Positions 1 through 12,000 of a stretch of 64,000 nucleotides of DNA are shown here, piece by piece. Where the stretch lies: IMG/VR virus record IMGVR_UViG_2897328257_000003; one strand, written 5' to 3'. Numbering within the stretch: position 1 is the stretch's first letter; each line of letters opens with the position of its first letter. The notes below the pieces were generated by a model. The model was given only the letters and a program-made list of their open reading frames with translations. It was not told the origin of the DNA and made no database searches. The position numbers and the translations under genes are program-made. The stretch comes from a virus. Its lineage: Duplodnaviria; Heunggongvirae; Uroviricota; Caudoviricetes.

Positions 1-3000
1 NNNNNNNNNNNNNNNNNNNNNNNNNNNNNNNNNNNNNNNNNNNNNNNNNNNNNNNNNNNNNNNNNNNNNNNNNNNNNNNNNNNNNNNNNNNNNNNNNNNN
101 NNNNNNNNNNNNNNNNNNNNNNNNNNNNNNNNNNNNNNNNNNNNNNNNNNNNNNNNNNNNNNNNNNNNNNNNNNNNNNNNNNNNNNNNNNNNNNNNNNNN
201 NNNNNNNNNNNNNNNNNNNNNNNNNNNNNNNNNNNNNNNNNNNNNNNNNNNNNNNNNNNNNNNNNNNNNNNNNNNNNNNNNNNNNNNNNNNNNNNNNNNN
301 NNNNNNNNNNNNNNNNNNNNNNNNNNNNNNNNNNNNNNNNNNNNNNNNNNNNNNNNNNNNNNNNNNNNNNNNNNNNNNNNNNNNNNNNNNNNNNNNNNNN
401 NNNNNNNNNNNNNNNNNNNNNNNNNNNNNNNNNNNNNNNNNNNNNNNNNNNNNNNNNNNNNNNNNNNNNNNNNNNNNNNNNNNNNNNNNNNNNNNNNNNN
501 NNNNNNNNNNNNNNNNNNNNNNNNNNNNNNNNNNNNNNNNNNNNNNNNNNNNNNNNNNNNNNNNNNNNNNNNNNNNNNNNNNNNNNNNNNNNNNNNNNNN
601 NNNNNNNNNNNNNNNNNNNNNNNNNNNNNNNNNNNNNNNNNNNNNNNNNNNNNNNNNNNNNNNNNNNNNNNNNNNNNNNNNNNNNNNNNNNNNNNNNNNN
701 NNNNNNNNNNNNNNNNNNNNNNNNNNNNNNNNNNNNNNNNNNNNNNNNNNNNNNNNNNNNNNNNNNNNNNNNNNNNNNNNNNNNNNNNNNNNNNNNNNNN
801 NNNNNNNNNNNNNNNNNNNNNNNNNNNNNNNNNNNNNNNNNNNNNNNNNNNNNNNNNNNNNNNNNNNNNNNNNNNNNNNNNNNNNNNNNNNNNNNNNNNN
901 NNNNNNNNNNNNNNNNNNNNNNNNNNNNNNNNNNNNNNNNNNNNNNNNNNNNNNNNNNNNNNNNNNNNNNNNNNNNNNNNNNNNNNNNNNNNNNNNNNNN
1001 NNNNNNNNNNNNNNNNNNNNNNNNNNNNNNNNNNNNNNNNNNNNNNNNNNNNNNNNNNNNNNNNNNNNNNNNNNNNNNNNNNNNNNNNNNNNNNNNNNNN
1101 NNNNNNNNNNNNNNNNNNNNNNNNNNNNNNNNNNNNNNNNNNNNNNNNNNNNNNNNNNNNNNNNNNNNNNNNNNNNNNNNNNNNNNNNNNNNNNNNNNNN
1201 NNNNNNNNNNNNNNNNNNNNNNNNNNNNNNNNNNNNNNNNNNNNNNNNNNNNNNNNNNNNNNNNNNNNNNNNNNNNNNNNNNNNNNNNNNNNNNNNNNNN
1301 NNNNNNNNNNNNNNNNNNNNNNNNNNNNNNNNNNNNNNNNNNNNNNNNNNNNNNNNNNNNNNNNNNNNNNNNNNNNNNNNNNNNNNNNNNNNNNNNNNNN
1401 NNNNNNNNNNNNNNNNNNNNNNNNNNNNNNNNNNNNNNNNNNNNNNNNNNNNNNNNNNNNNNNNNNNNNNNNNNNNNNNNNNNNNNNNNNNNNNNNNNNN
1501 NNNNNNNNNNNNNNNNNNNNNNNNNNNNNNNNNNNNNNNNNNNNNNNNNNNNNNNNNNNNNNNNNNNNNNNNNNNNNNNNNNNNNNNNNNNNNNNNNNNN
1601 NNNNNNNNNNNNNNNNNNNNNNNNNNNNNNNNNNNNNNNNNNNNNNNNNNNNNNNNNNNNNNNNNNNNNNNNNNNNNNNNNNNNNNNNNNNNNNNNNNNN
1701 NNNNNNNNNNNNNNNNNNNNNNNNNNNNNNNNNNNNNNNNNNNNNNNNNNNNNNNNNNNNNNNNNNNNNNNNNNNNNNNNNNNNNNNNNNNNNNNNNNNN
1801 NNNNNNNNNNNNNNNNNNNNNNNNNNNNNNNNNNNNNNNNNNNNNNNNNNNNNNNNNNNNNNNNNNNNNNNNNNNNNNNNNNNNNNNNNNNNNNNNNNNN
1901 NNNNNNNNNNNNNNNNNNNNNNNNNNNNNNNNNNNNNNNNNNNNNNNNNNNNNNNNNNNNNNNNNNNNNNNNNNNNNNNNNNNNNNNNNNNNNNNNNNNN
2001 NNNNNNNNNNNNNNNNNNNNNNNNNNNNNNNNNNNNNNNNNNNNNNNNNNNNNNNNNNNNNNNNNNNNNNNNNNNNNNNNNNNNNNNNNNNNNNNNNNNN
2101 NNNNNNNNNNNNNNNNNNNNNNNNNNNNNNNNNNNNNNNNNNNNNNNNNNNNNNNNNNNNNNNNNNNNNNNNNNNNNNNNNNNNNNNNNNNNNNNNNNNN
2201 NNNNNNNNNNNNNNNNNNNNNNNNNNNNNNNNNNNNNNNNNNNNNNNNNNNNNNNNNNNNNNNNNNNNNNNNNNNNNNNNNNNNNNNNNNNNNNNNNNNN
2301 NNNNNNNNNNNNNNNNNNNNNNNNNNNNNNNNNNNNNNNNNNNNNNNNNNNNNNNNNNNNNNNNNNNNNNNNNNNNNNNNNNNNNNNNNNNNNNNNNNNN
2401 NNNNNNNNNNNNNNNNNNNNNNNNNNNNNNNNNNNNNNNNNNNNNNNNNNNNNNNNNNNNNNNNNNNNNNNNNNNNNNNNNNNNNNNNNNNNNNNNNNNN
2501 NNNNNNNNNNNNNNNNNNNNNNNNNNNNNNNNNNNNNNNNNNNNNNNNNNNNNNNNNNNNNNNNNNNNNNNNNNNNNNNNNNNNNNNNNNNNNNNNNNNN
2601 NNNNNNNNNNNNNNNNNNNNNNNNNNNNNNNNNNNNNNNNNNNNNNNNNNNNNNNNNNNNNNNNNNNNNNNNNNNNNNNNNNNNNNNNNNNNNNNNNNNN
2701 NNNNNNNNNNNNNNNNNNNNNNNNNNNNNNNNNNNNNNNNNNNNNNNNNNNNNNNNNNNNNNNNNNNNNNNNNNNNNNNNNNNNNNNNNNNNNNNNNNNN
2801 NNNNNNNNNNNNNNNNNNNNNNNNNNNNNNNNNNNNNNNNNNNNNNNNNNNNNNNNNNNNNNNNNNNNNNNNNNNNNNNNNNNNNNNNNNNNNNNNNNNN
2901 NNNNNNNNNNNNNNNNNNNNNNNNNNNNNNNNNNNNNNNNNNNNNNNNNNNNNNNNNNNNNNNNNNNNNNNNNNNNNNNNNNNNNNNNNNNNNNNNNNNN

Positions 3001-6000
3001 NNNNNNNNNNNNNNNNNNNNNNNNNNNNNNNNNNNNNNNNNNNNNNNNNNNNNNNNNNNNNNNNNNNNNNNNNNNNNNNNNNNNNNNNNNNNNNNNNNNN
3101 NNNNNNNNNNNNNNNNNNNNNNNNNNNNNNNNNNNNNNNNNNNNNNNNNNNNNNNNNNNNNNNNNNNNNNNNNNNNNNNNNNNNNNNNNNNNNNNNNNNN
3201 NNNNNNNNNNNNNNNNNNNNNNNNNNNNNNNNNNNNNNNNNNNNNNNNNNNNNNNNNNNNNNNNNNNNNNNNNNNNNNNNNNNNNNNNNNNNNNNNNNNN
3301 NNNNNNNNNNNNNNNNNNNNNNNNNNNNNNNNNNNNNNNNNNNNNNNNNNNNNNNNNNNNNNNNNNNNNNNNNNNNNNNNNNNNNNNNNNNNNNNNNNNN
3401 NNNNNNNNNNNNNNNNNNNNNNNNNNNNNNNNNNNNNNNNNNNNNNNNNNNNNNNNNNNNNNNNNNNNNNNNNNNNNNNNNNNNNNNNNNNNNNNNNNNN
3501 NNNNNNNNNNNNNNNNNNNNNNNNNNNNNNNNNNNNNNNNNNNNNNNNNNNNNNNNNNNNNNNNNNNNNNNNNNNNNNNNNNNNNNNNNNNNNNNNNNNN
3601 NNNNNNNNNNNNNNNNNNNNNNNNNNNNNNNNNNNNNNNNNNNNNNNNNNNNNNNNNNNNNNNNNNNNNNNNNNNNNNNNNNNNNNNNNNNNNNNNNNNN
3701 NNNNNNNNNNNNNNNNNNNNNNNNNNNNNNNNNNNNNNNNNNNNNNNNNNNNNNNNNNNNNNNNNNNNNNNNNNNNNNNNNNNNNNNNNNNNNNNNNNNN
3801 NNNNNNNNNNNNNNNNNNNNNNNNNNNNNNNNNNNNNNNNNNNNNNNNNNNNNNNNNNNNNNNNNNNNNNNNNNNNNNNNNNNNNNNNNNNNNNNNNNNN
3901 NNNNNNNNNNNNNNNNNNNNNNNNNNNNNNNNNNNNNNNNNNNNNNNNNNNNNNNNNNNNNNNNNNNNNNNNNNNNNNNNNNNNNNNNNNNNNNNNNNNN
4001 NNNNNNNNNNNNNNNNNNNNNNNNNNNNNNNNNNNNNNNNNNNNNNNNNNNNNNNNNNNNNNNNNNNNNNNNNNNNNNNNNNNNNNNNNNNNNNNNNNNN
4101 NNNNNNNNNNNNNNNNNNNNNNNNNNNNNNNNNNNNNNNNNNNNNNNNNNNNNNNNNNNNNNNNNNNNNNNNNNNNNNNNNNNNNNNNNNNNNNNNNNNN
4201 NNNNNNNNNNNNNNNNNNNNNNNNNNNNNNNNNNNNNNNNNNNNNNNNNNNNNNNNNNNNNNNNNNNNNNNNNNNNNNNNNNNNNNNNNNNNNNNNNNNN
4301 NNNNNNNNNNNNNNNNNNNNNNNNNNNNNNNNNNNNNNNNNNNNNNNNNNNNNNNNNNNNNNNNNNNNNNNNNNNNNNNNNNNNNNNNNNNNNNNNNNNN
4401 NNNNNNNNNNNNNNNNNNNNNNNNNNNNNNNNNNNNNNNNNNNNNNNNNNNNNNNNNNNNNNNNNNNNNNNNNNNNNNNNNNNNNNNNNNNNNNNNNNNN
4501 NNNNNNNNNNNNNNNNNNNNNNNNNNNNNNNNNNNNNNNNNNNNNNNNNNNNNNNNNNNNNNNNNNNNNNNNNNNNNNNNNNNNNNNNNNNNNNNNNNNN
4601 NNNNNNNNNNNNNNNNNNNNNNNNNNNNNNNNNNNNNNNNNNNNNNNNNNNNNNNNNNNNNNNNNNNNNNNNNNNNNNNNNNNNNNNNNNNNNNNNNNNN
4701 NNNNNNNNNNNNNNNNNNNNNNNNNNNNNNNNNNNNNNNNNNNNNNNNNNNNNNNNNNNNNNNNNNNNNNNNNNNNNNNNNNNNNNNNNNNNNNNNNNNN
4801 NNNNNNNNNNNNNNNNNNNNNNNNNNNNNNNNNNNNNNNNNNNNNNNNNNNNNNNNNNNNNNNNNNNNNNNNNNNNNNNNNNNNNNNNNNNNNNNNNNNN
4901 NNNNNNNNNNNNNNNNNNNNNNNNNNNNNNNNNNNNNNNNNNNNNNNNNNNNNNNNNNNNNNNNNNNNNNNNNNNNNNNNNNNNNNNNNNNNNNNNNNNN
5001 NNNNNNNNNNNNNNNNNNNNNNNNNNNNNNNNNNNNNNNNNNNNNNNNNNNNNNNNNNNNNNNNNNNNNNNNNNNNNNNNNNNNNNNNNNNNNNNNNNNN
5101 NNNNNNNNNNNNNNNNNNNNNNNNNNNNNNNNNNNNNNNNNNNNNNNNNNNNNNNNNNNNNNNNNNNNNNNNNNNNNNNNNNNNNNNNNNNNNNNNNNNN
5201 NNNNNNNNNNNNNNNNNNNNNNNNNNNNNNNNNNNNNNNNNNNNNNNNNNNNNNNNNNNNNNNNNNNNNNNNNNNNNNNNNNNNNNNNNNNNNNNNNNNN
5301 NNNNNNNNNNNNNNNNNNNNNNNNNNNNNNNNNNNNNNNNNNNNNNNNNNNNNNNNNNNNNNNNNNNNNNNNNNNNNNNNNNNNNNNNNNNNNNNNNNNN
5401 NNNNNNNNNNNNNNNNNNNNNNNNNNNNNNNNNNNNNNNNNNNNNNNNNNNNNNNNNNNNNNNNNNNNNNNNNNNNNNNNNNNNNNNNNNNNNNNNNNNN
5501 NNNNNNNNNNNNNNNNNNNNNNNNNNNNNNNNNNNNNNNNNNNNNNNNNNNNNNNNNNNNNNNNNNNNNNNNNNNNNNNNNNNNNNNNNNNNNNNNNNNN
5601 NNNNNNNNNNNNNNNNNNNNNNNNNNNNNNNNNNNNNNNNNNNNNNNNNNNNNNNNNNNNNNNNNNNNNNNNNNNNNNNNNNNNNNNNNNNNNNNNNNNN
5701 NNNNNNNNNNNNNNNNNNNNNNNNNNNNNNNNNNNNNNNNNNNNNNNNNNNNNNNNNNNNNNNNNNNNNNNNNNNNNNNNNNNNNNNNNNNNNNNNNNNN
5801 NNNNNNNNNNNNNNNNNNNNNNNNNNNNNNNNNNNNNNNNNNNNNNNNNNNNNNNNNNNNNNNNNNNNNNNNNNNNNNNNNNNNNNNNNNNNNNNNNNNN
5901 NNNNNNNNNNNNNNNNNNNNNNNNNNNNNNNNNNNNNNNNNNNNNNNNNNNNNNNNNNNNNNNNNNNNNNNNNNNNNNNNNNNNNNNNNNNNNNNNNNNN

Positions 6001-9000
6001 NNNNNNNNNNNNNNNNNNNNNNNNNNNNNNNNNNNNNNNNNNNNNNNNNNNNNNNNNNNNNNNNNNNNNNNNNNNNNNNNNNNNNNNNNNNNNNNNNNNN
6101 NNNNNNNNNNNNNNNNNNNNNNNNNNNNNNNNNNNNNNNNNNNNNNNNNNNNNNNNNNNNNNNNNNNNNNNNNNNNNNNNNNNNNNNNNNNNNNNNNNNN
6201 NNNNNNNNNNNNNNNNNNNNNNNNNNNNNNNNNNNNNNNNNNNNNNNNNNNNNNNNNNNNNNNNNNNNNNNNNNNNNNNNNNNNNNNNNNNNNNNNNNNN
6301 NNNNNNNNNNNNNNNNNNNNNNNNNNNNNNNNNNNNNNNNNNNNNNNNNNNNNNNNNNNNNNNNNNNNNNNNNNNNNNNNNNNNNNNNNNNNNNNNNNNN
6401 NNNNNNNNNNNNNNNNNNNNNNNNNNNNNNNNNNNNNNNNNNNNNNNNNNNNNNNNNNNNNNNNNNNNNNNNNNNNNNNNNNNNNNNNNNNNNNNNNNNN
6501 NNNNNNNNNNNNNNNNNNNNNNNNNNNNNNNNNNNNNNNNNNNNNNNNNNNNNNNNNNNNNNNNNNNNNNNNNNNNNNNNNNNNNNNNNNNNNNNNNNNN
6601 NNNNNNNNNNNNNNNNNNNNNNNNNNNNNNNNNNNNNNNNNNNNNNNNNNNNNNNNNNNNNNNNNNNNNNNNNNNNNNNNNNNNNNNNNNNNNNNNNNNN
6701 NNNNNNNNNNNNNNNNNNNNNNNNNNNNNNNNNNNNNNNNNNNNNNNNNNNNNNNNNNNNNNNNNNNNNNNNNNNNNNNNNNNNNNNNNNNNNNNNNNNN
6801 NNNNNNNNNNNNNNNNNNNNNNNNNNNNNNNNNNNNNNNNNNNNNNNNNNNNNNNNNNNNNNNNNNNNNNNNNNNNNNNNNNNNNNNNNNNNNNNNNNNN
6901 NNNNNNNNNNNNNNNNNNNNNNNNNNNNNNNNNNNNNNNNNNNNNNNNNNNNNNNNNNNNNNNNNNNNNNNNNNNNNNNNNNNNNNNNNNNNNNNNNNNN
7001 NNNNNNNNNNNNNNNNNNNNNNNNNNNNNNNNNNNNNNNNNNNNNNNNNNNNNNNNNNNNNNNNNNNNNNNNNNNNNNNNNNNNNNNNNNNNNNNNNNNN
7101 NNNNNNNNNNNNNNNNNNNNNNNNNNNNNNNNNNNNNNNNNNNNNNNNNNNNNNNNNNNNNNNNNNNNNNNNNNNNNNNNNNNNNNNNNNNNNNNNNNNN
7201 NNNNNNNNNNNNNNNNNNNNNNNNNNNNNNNNNNNNNNNNNNNNNNNNNNNNNNNNNNNNNNNNNNNNNNNNNNNNNNNNNNNNNNNNNNNNNNNNNNNN
7301 NNNNNNNNNNNNNNNNNNNNNNNNNNNNNNNNNNNNNNNNNNNNNNNNNNNNNNNNNNNNNNNNNNNNNNNNNNNNNNNNNNNNNNNNNNNNNNNNNNNN
7401 NNNNNNNNNNNNNNNNNNNNNNNNNNNNNNNNNNNNNNNNNNNNNNNNNNNNNNNNNNNNNNNNNNNNNNNNNNNNNNNNNNNNNNNNNNNNNNNNNNNN
7501 NNNNNNNNNNNNNNNNNNNNNNNNNNNNNNNNNNNNNNNNNNNNNNNNNNNNNNNNNNNNNNNNNNNNNNNNNNNNNNNNNNNNNNNNNNNNNNNNNNNN
7601 NNNNNNNNNNNNNNNNNNNNNNNNNNNNNNNNNNNNNNNNNNNNNNNNNNNNNNNNNNNNNNNNNNNNNNNNNNNNNNNNNNNNNNNNNNNNNNNNNNNN
7701 NNNNNNNNNNNNNNNNNNNNNNNNNNNNNNNNNNNNNNNNNNNNNNNNNNNNNNNNNNNNNNNNNNNNNNNNNNNNNNNNNNNNNNNNNNNNNNNNNNNN
7801 NNNNNNNNNNNNNNNNNNNNNNNNNNNNNNNNNNNNNNNNNNNNNNNNNNNNNNNNNNNNNNNNNNNNNNNNNNNNNNNNNNNNNNNNNNNNNNNNNNNN
7901 NNNNNNNNNNNNNNNNNNNNNNNNNNNNNNNNNNNNNNNNNNNNNNNNNNNNNNNNNNNNNNNNNNNNNNNNNNNNNNNNNNNNNNNNNNNNNNNNNNNN
8001 NNNNNNNNNNNNNNNNNNNNNNNNNNNNNNNNNNNNNNNNNNNNNNNNNNNNNNNNNNNNNNNNNNNNNNNNNNNNNNNNNNNNNNNNNNNNNNNNNNNN
8101 NNNNNNNNNNNNNNNNNNNNNNNNNNNNNNNNNNNNNNNNNNNNNNNNNNNNNNNNNNNNNNNNNNNNNNNNNNNNNNNNNNNNNNNNNNNNNNNNNNNN
8201 NNNNNNNNNNNNNNNNNNNNNNNNNNNNNNNNNNNNNNNNNNNNNNNNNNNNNNNNNNNNNNNNNNNNNNNNNNNNNNNNNNNNNNNNNNNNNNNNNNNN
8301 NNNNNNNNNNNNNNNNNNNNNNNNNNNNNNNNNNNNNNNNNNNNNNNNNNNNNNNNNNNNNNNNNNNNNNNNNNNNNNNNNNNNNNNNNNNNNNNNNNNN
8401 NNNNNNNNNNNNNNNNNNNNNNNNNNNNNNNNNNNNNNNNNNNNNNNNNNNNNNNNNNNNNNNNNNNNNNNNNNNNNNNNNNNNNNNNNNNNNNNNNNNN
8501 NNNNNNNNNNNNNNNNNNNNNNNNNNNNNNNNNNNNNNNNNNNNNNNNNNNNNNNNNNNNNNNNNNNNNNNNNNNNNNNNNNNNNNNNNNNNNNNNNNNN
8601 NNNNNNNNNNNNNNNNNNNNNNNNNNNNNNNNNNNNNNNNNNNNNNNNNNNNNNNNNNNNNNNNNNNNNNNNNNNNNNNNNNNNNNNNNNNNNNNNNNNN
8701 NNNNNNNNNNNNNNNNNNNNNNNNNNNNNNNNNNNNNNNNNNNNNNNNNNNNNNNNNNNNNNNNNNNNNNNNNNNNNNNNNNNNNNNNNNNNNNNNNNNN
8801 NNNNNNNNNNNNNNNNNNNNNNNNNNNNNNNNNNNNNNNNNNNNNNNNNNNNNNNNNNNNNNNNNNNNNNNNNNNNNNNNNNNNNNNNNNNNNNNNNNNN
8901 NNNNNNNNNNNNNNNNNNNNNNNNNNNNNNNNNNNNNNNNNNNNNNNNNNNNNNNNNNNNNNNNNNNNNNNNNNNNNNNNNNNNNNNNNNNNNNNNNNNN

Positions 9001-12000
9001 NNNNNNNNNNNNNNNNNNNNNNNNNNNNNNNNNNNNNNNNNNNNNNNNNNNNNNNNNNNNNNNNNNNNNNNNNNNNNNNNNNNNNNNNNNNNNNNNNNNN
9101 NNNNNNNNNNNNNNNNNNNNNNNNNNNNNNNNNNNNNNNNNNNNNNNNNNNNNNNNNNNNNNNNNNNNNNNNNNNNNNNNNNNNNNNNNNNNNNNNNNNN
9201 NNNNNNNNNNNNNNNNNNNNNNNNNNNNNNNNNNNNNNNNNNNNNNNNNNNNNNNNNNNNNNNNNNNNNNNNNNNNNNNNNNNNNNNNNNNNNNNNNNNN
9301 NNNNNNNNNNNNNNNNNNNNNNNNNNNNNNNNNNNNNNNNNNNNNNNNNNNNNNNNNNNNNNNNNNNNNNNNNNNNNNNNNNNNNNNNNNNNNNNNNNNN
9401 NNNNNNNNNNNNNNNNNNNNNNNNNNNNNNNNNNNNNNNNNNNNNNNNNNNNNNNNNNNNNNNNNNNNNNNNNNNNNNNNNNNNNNNNNNNNNNNNNNNN
9501 NNNNNNNNNNNNNNNNNNNNNNNNNNNNNNNNNNNNNNNNNNNNNNNNNNNNNNNNNNNNNNNNNNNNNNNNNNNNNNNNNNNNNNNNNNNNNNNNNNNN
9601 NNNNNNNNNNNNNNNNNNNNNNNNNNNNNNNNNNNNNNNNNNNNNNNNNNNNNNNNNNNNNNNNNNNNNNNNNNNNNNNNNNNNNNNNNNNNNNNNNNNN
9701 NNNNNNNNNNNNNNNNNNNNNNNNNNNNNNNNNNNNNNNNNNNNNNNNNNNNNNNNNNNNNNNNNNNNNNNNNNNNNNNNNNNNNNNNNNNNNNNNNNNN
9801 NNNNNNNNNNNNNNNNNNNNNNNNNNNNNNNNNNNNNNNNNNNNNNNNNNNNNNNNNNNNNNNNNNNNNNNNNNNNNNNNNNNNNNNNNNNNNNNNNNNN
9901 NNNNNNNNNNNNNNNNNNNNNNNNNNNNNNNNNNNNNNNNNNNNNNNNNNNNNNNNNNNNNNNNNNNNNNNNNNNNNNNNNNNNNNNNNNNNNNNNNNNN
10001 NNNNNNNNNNNNNNNNNNNNNNNNNNNNNNNNNNNNNNNNNNNNNNNNNNNNNNNNNNNNNNNNNNNNNNNNNNNNNNNNNNNNNNNNNNNNNNNNNNNN
10101 NNNNNNNNNNNNNNNNNNNNNNNNNNNNNNNNNNNNNNNNNNNNNNNNNNNNNNNNNNNNNNNNNNNNNNNNNNNNNNNNNNNNNNNNNNNNNNNNNNNN
10201 NNNNNNNNNNNNNNNNNNNNNNNNNNNNNNNNNNNNNNNNNNNNNNNNNNNNNNNNNNNNNNNNNNNNNNNNNNNNNNNNNNNNNNNNNNNNNNNNNNNN
10301 NNNNNNNNNNNNNNNNNNNNNNNNNNNNNNNNNNNNNNNNNNNNNNNNNNNNNNNNNNNNNNNNNNNNNNNNNNNNNNNNNNNNNNNNNNNNNNNNNNNN
10401 NNNNNNNNNNNNNNNNNNNNNNNNNNNNNNNNNNNNNNNNNNNNNNNNNNNNNNNNNNNNNNNNNNNNNNNNNNNNNNNNNNNNNNNNNNNNNNNNNNNN
10501 NNNNNNNNNNNNNNNNNNNNNNNNNNNNNNNNNNNNNNNNNNNNNNNNNNNNNNNNNNNNNNNNNNNNNNNNNNNNNNNNNNNNNNNNNNNNNNNNNNNN
10601 NNNNNNNNNNNNNNNNNNNNNNNNNNNNNNNNNNNNNNNNNNNNNNNNNNNNNNNNNNNNNNNNNNNNNNNNNNNNNNNNNNNNNNNNNNNNNNNNNNNN
10701 NNNNNNNNNNNNNNNNNNNNNNNNNNNNNNNNNNNNNNNNNNNNNNNNNNNNNNNNNNNNNNNNNNNNNNNNNNNNNNNNNNNNNNNNNNNNNNNNNNNN
10801 NNNNNNNNNNNNNNNNNNNNNNNNNNNNNNNNNNNNNNNNNNNNNNNNNNNNNNNNNNNNNNNNNNNNNNNNNNNNNNNNNNNNNNNNNNNNNNNNNNNN
10901 NNNNNNNNNNNNNNNNNNNNNNNNNNNNNNNNNNNNNNNNNNNNNNNNNNNNNNNNNNNNNNNNNNNNNNNNNNNNNNNNNNNNNNNNNNNNNNNNNNNN
11001 NNNNNNNNNNNNNNNNNNNNNNNNNNNNNNNNNNNNNNNNNNNNNNNNNNNNNNNNNNNNNNNNNNNNNNNNNNNNNNNNNNNNNNNNNNNNNNNNNNNN
11101 NNNNNNNNNNNNNNNNNNNNNNNNNNNNNNNNNNNNNNNNNNNNNNNNNNNNNNNNNNNNNNNNNNNNNNNNNNNNNNNNNNNNNNNNNNNNNNNNNNNN
11201 NNNNNNNNNNNNNNNNNNNNNNNNNNNNNNNNNNNNNNNNNNNNNNNNNNNNNNNNNNNNNNNNNNNNNNNNNNNNNNNNNNNNNNNNNNNNNNNNNNNN
11301 NNNNNNNNNNNNNNNNNNNNNNNNNNNNNNNNNNNNNNNNNNNNNNNNNNNNNNNNNNNNNNNNNNNNNNNNNNNNNNNNNNNNNNNNNNNNNNNNNNNN
11401 NNNNNNNNNNNNNNNNNNNNNNNNNNNNNNNNNNNNNNNNNNNNNNNNNNNNNNNNNNNNNNNNNNNNNNNNNNNNNNNNNNNNNNNNNNNNNNNNNNNN
11501 NNNNNNNNNNNNNNNNNNNNNNNNNNNNNNNNNNNNNNNNNNNNNNNNNNNNNNNNNNNNNNNNNNNNNNNNNNNNNNNNNNNNNNNNNNNNNNNNNNNN
11601 NNNNNNNNNNNNNNNNNNNNNNNNNNNNNNNNNNNNNNNNNNNNNNNNNNNNNNNNNNNNNNNNNNNNNNNNNNNNNNNNNNNNNNNNNNNNNNNNNNNN
11701 NNNNNNNNNNNNNNNNNNNNNNNNNNNNNNNNNNNNNNNNNNNNNNNNNNNNNNNNNNNNNNNNNNNNNNNNNNNNNNNNNNNNNNNNNNNNNNNNNNNN
11801 NNNNNNNNNNNNNNNNNNNNNNNNNNNNNNNNNNNNNNNNNNNNNNNNNNNNNNNNNNNNNNNNNNNNNNNNNNNNNNNNNNNNNNNNNNNNNNNNNNNN
11901 NNNNNNNNNNNNNNNNNNNNNNNNNNNNNNNNNNNNNNNNNNNNNNNNNNNNNNNNNNNNNNNNNNNNNNNNNNNNNNNNNNNNNNNNNNNNNNNNNNNN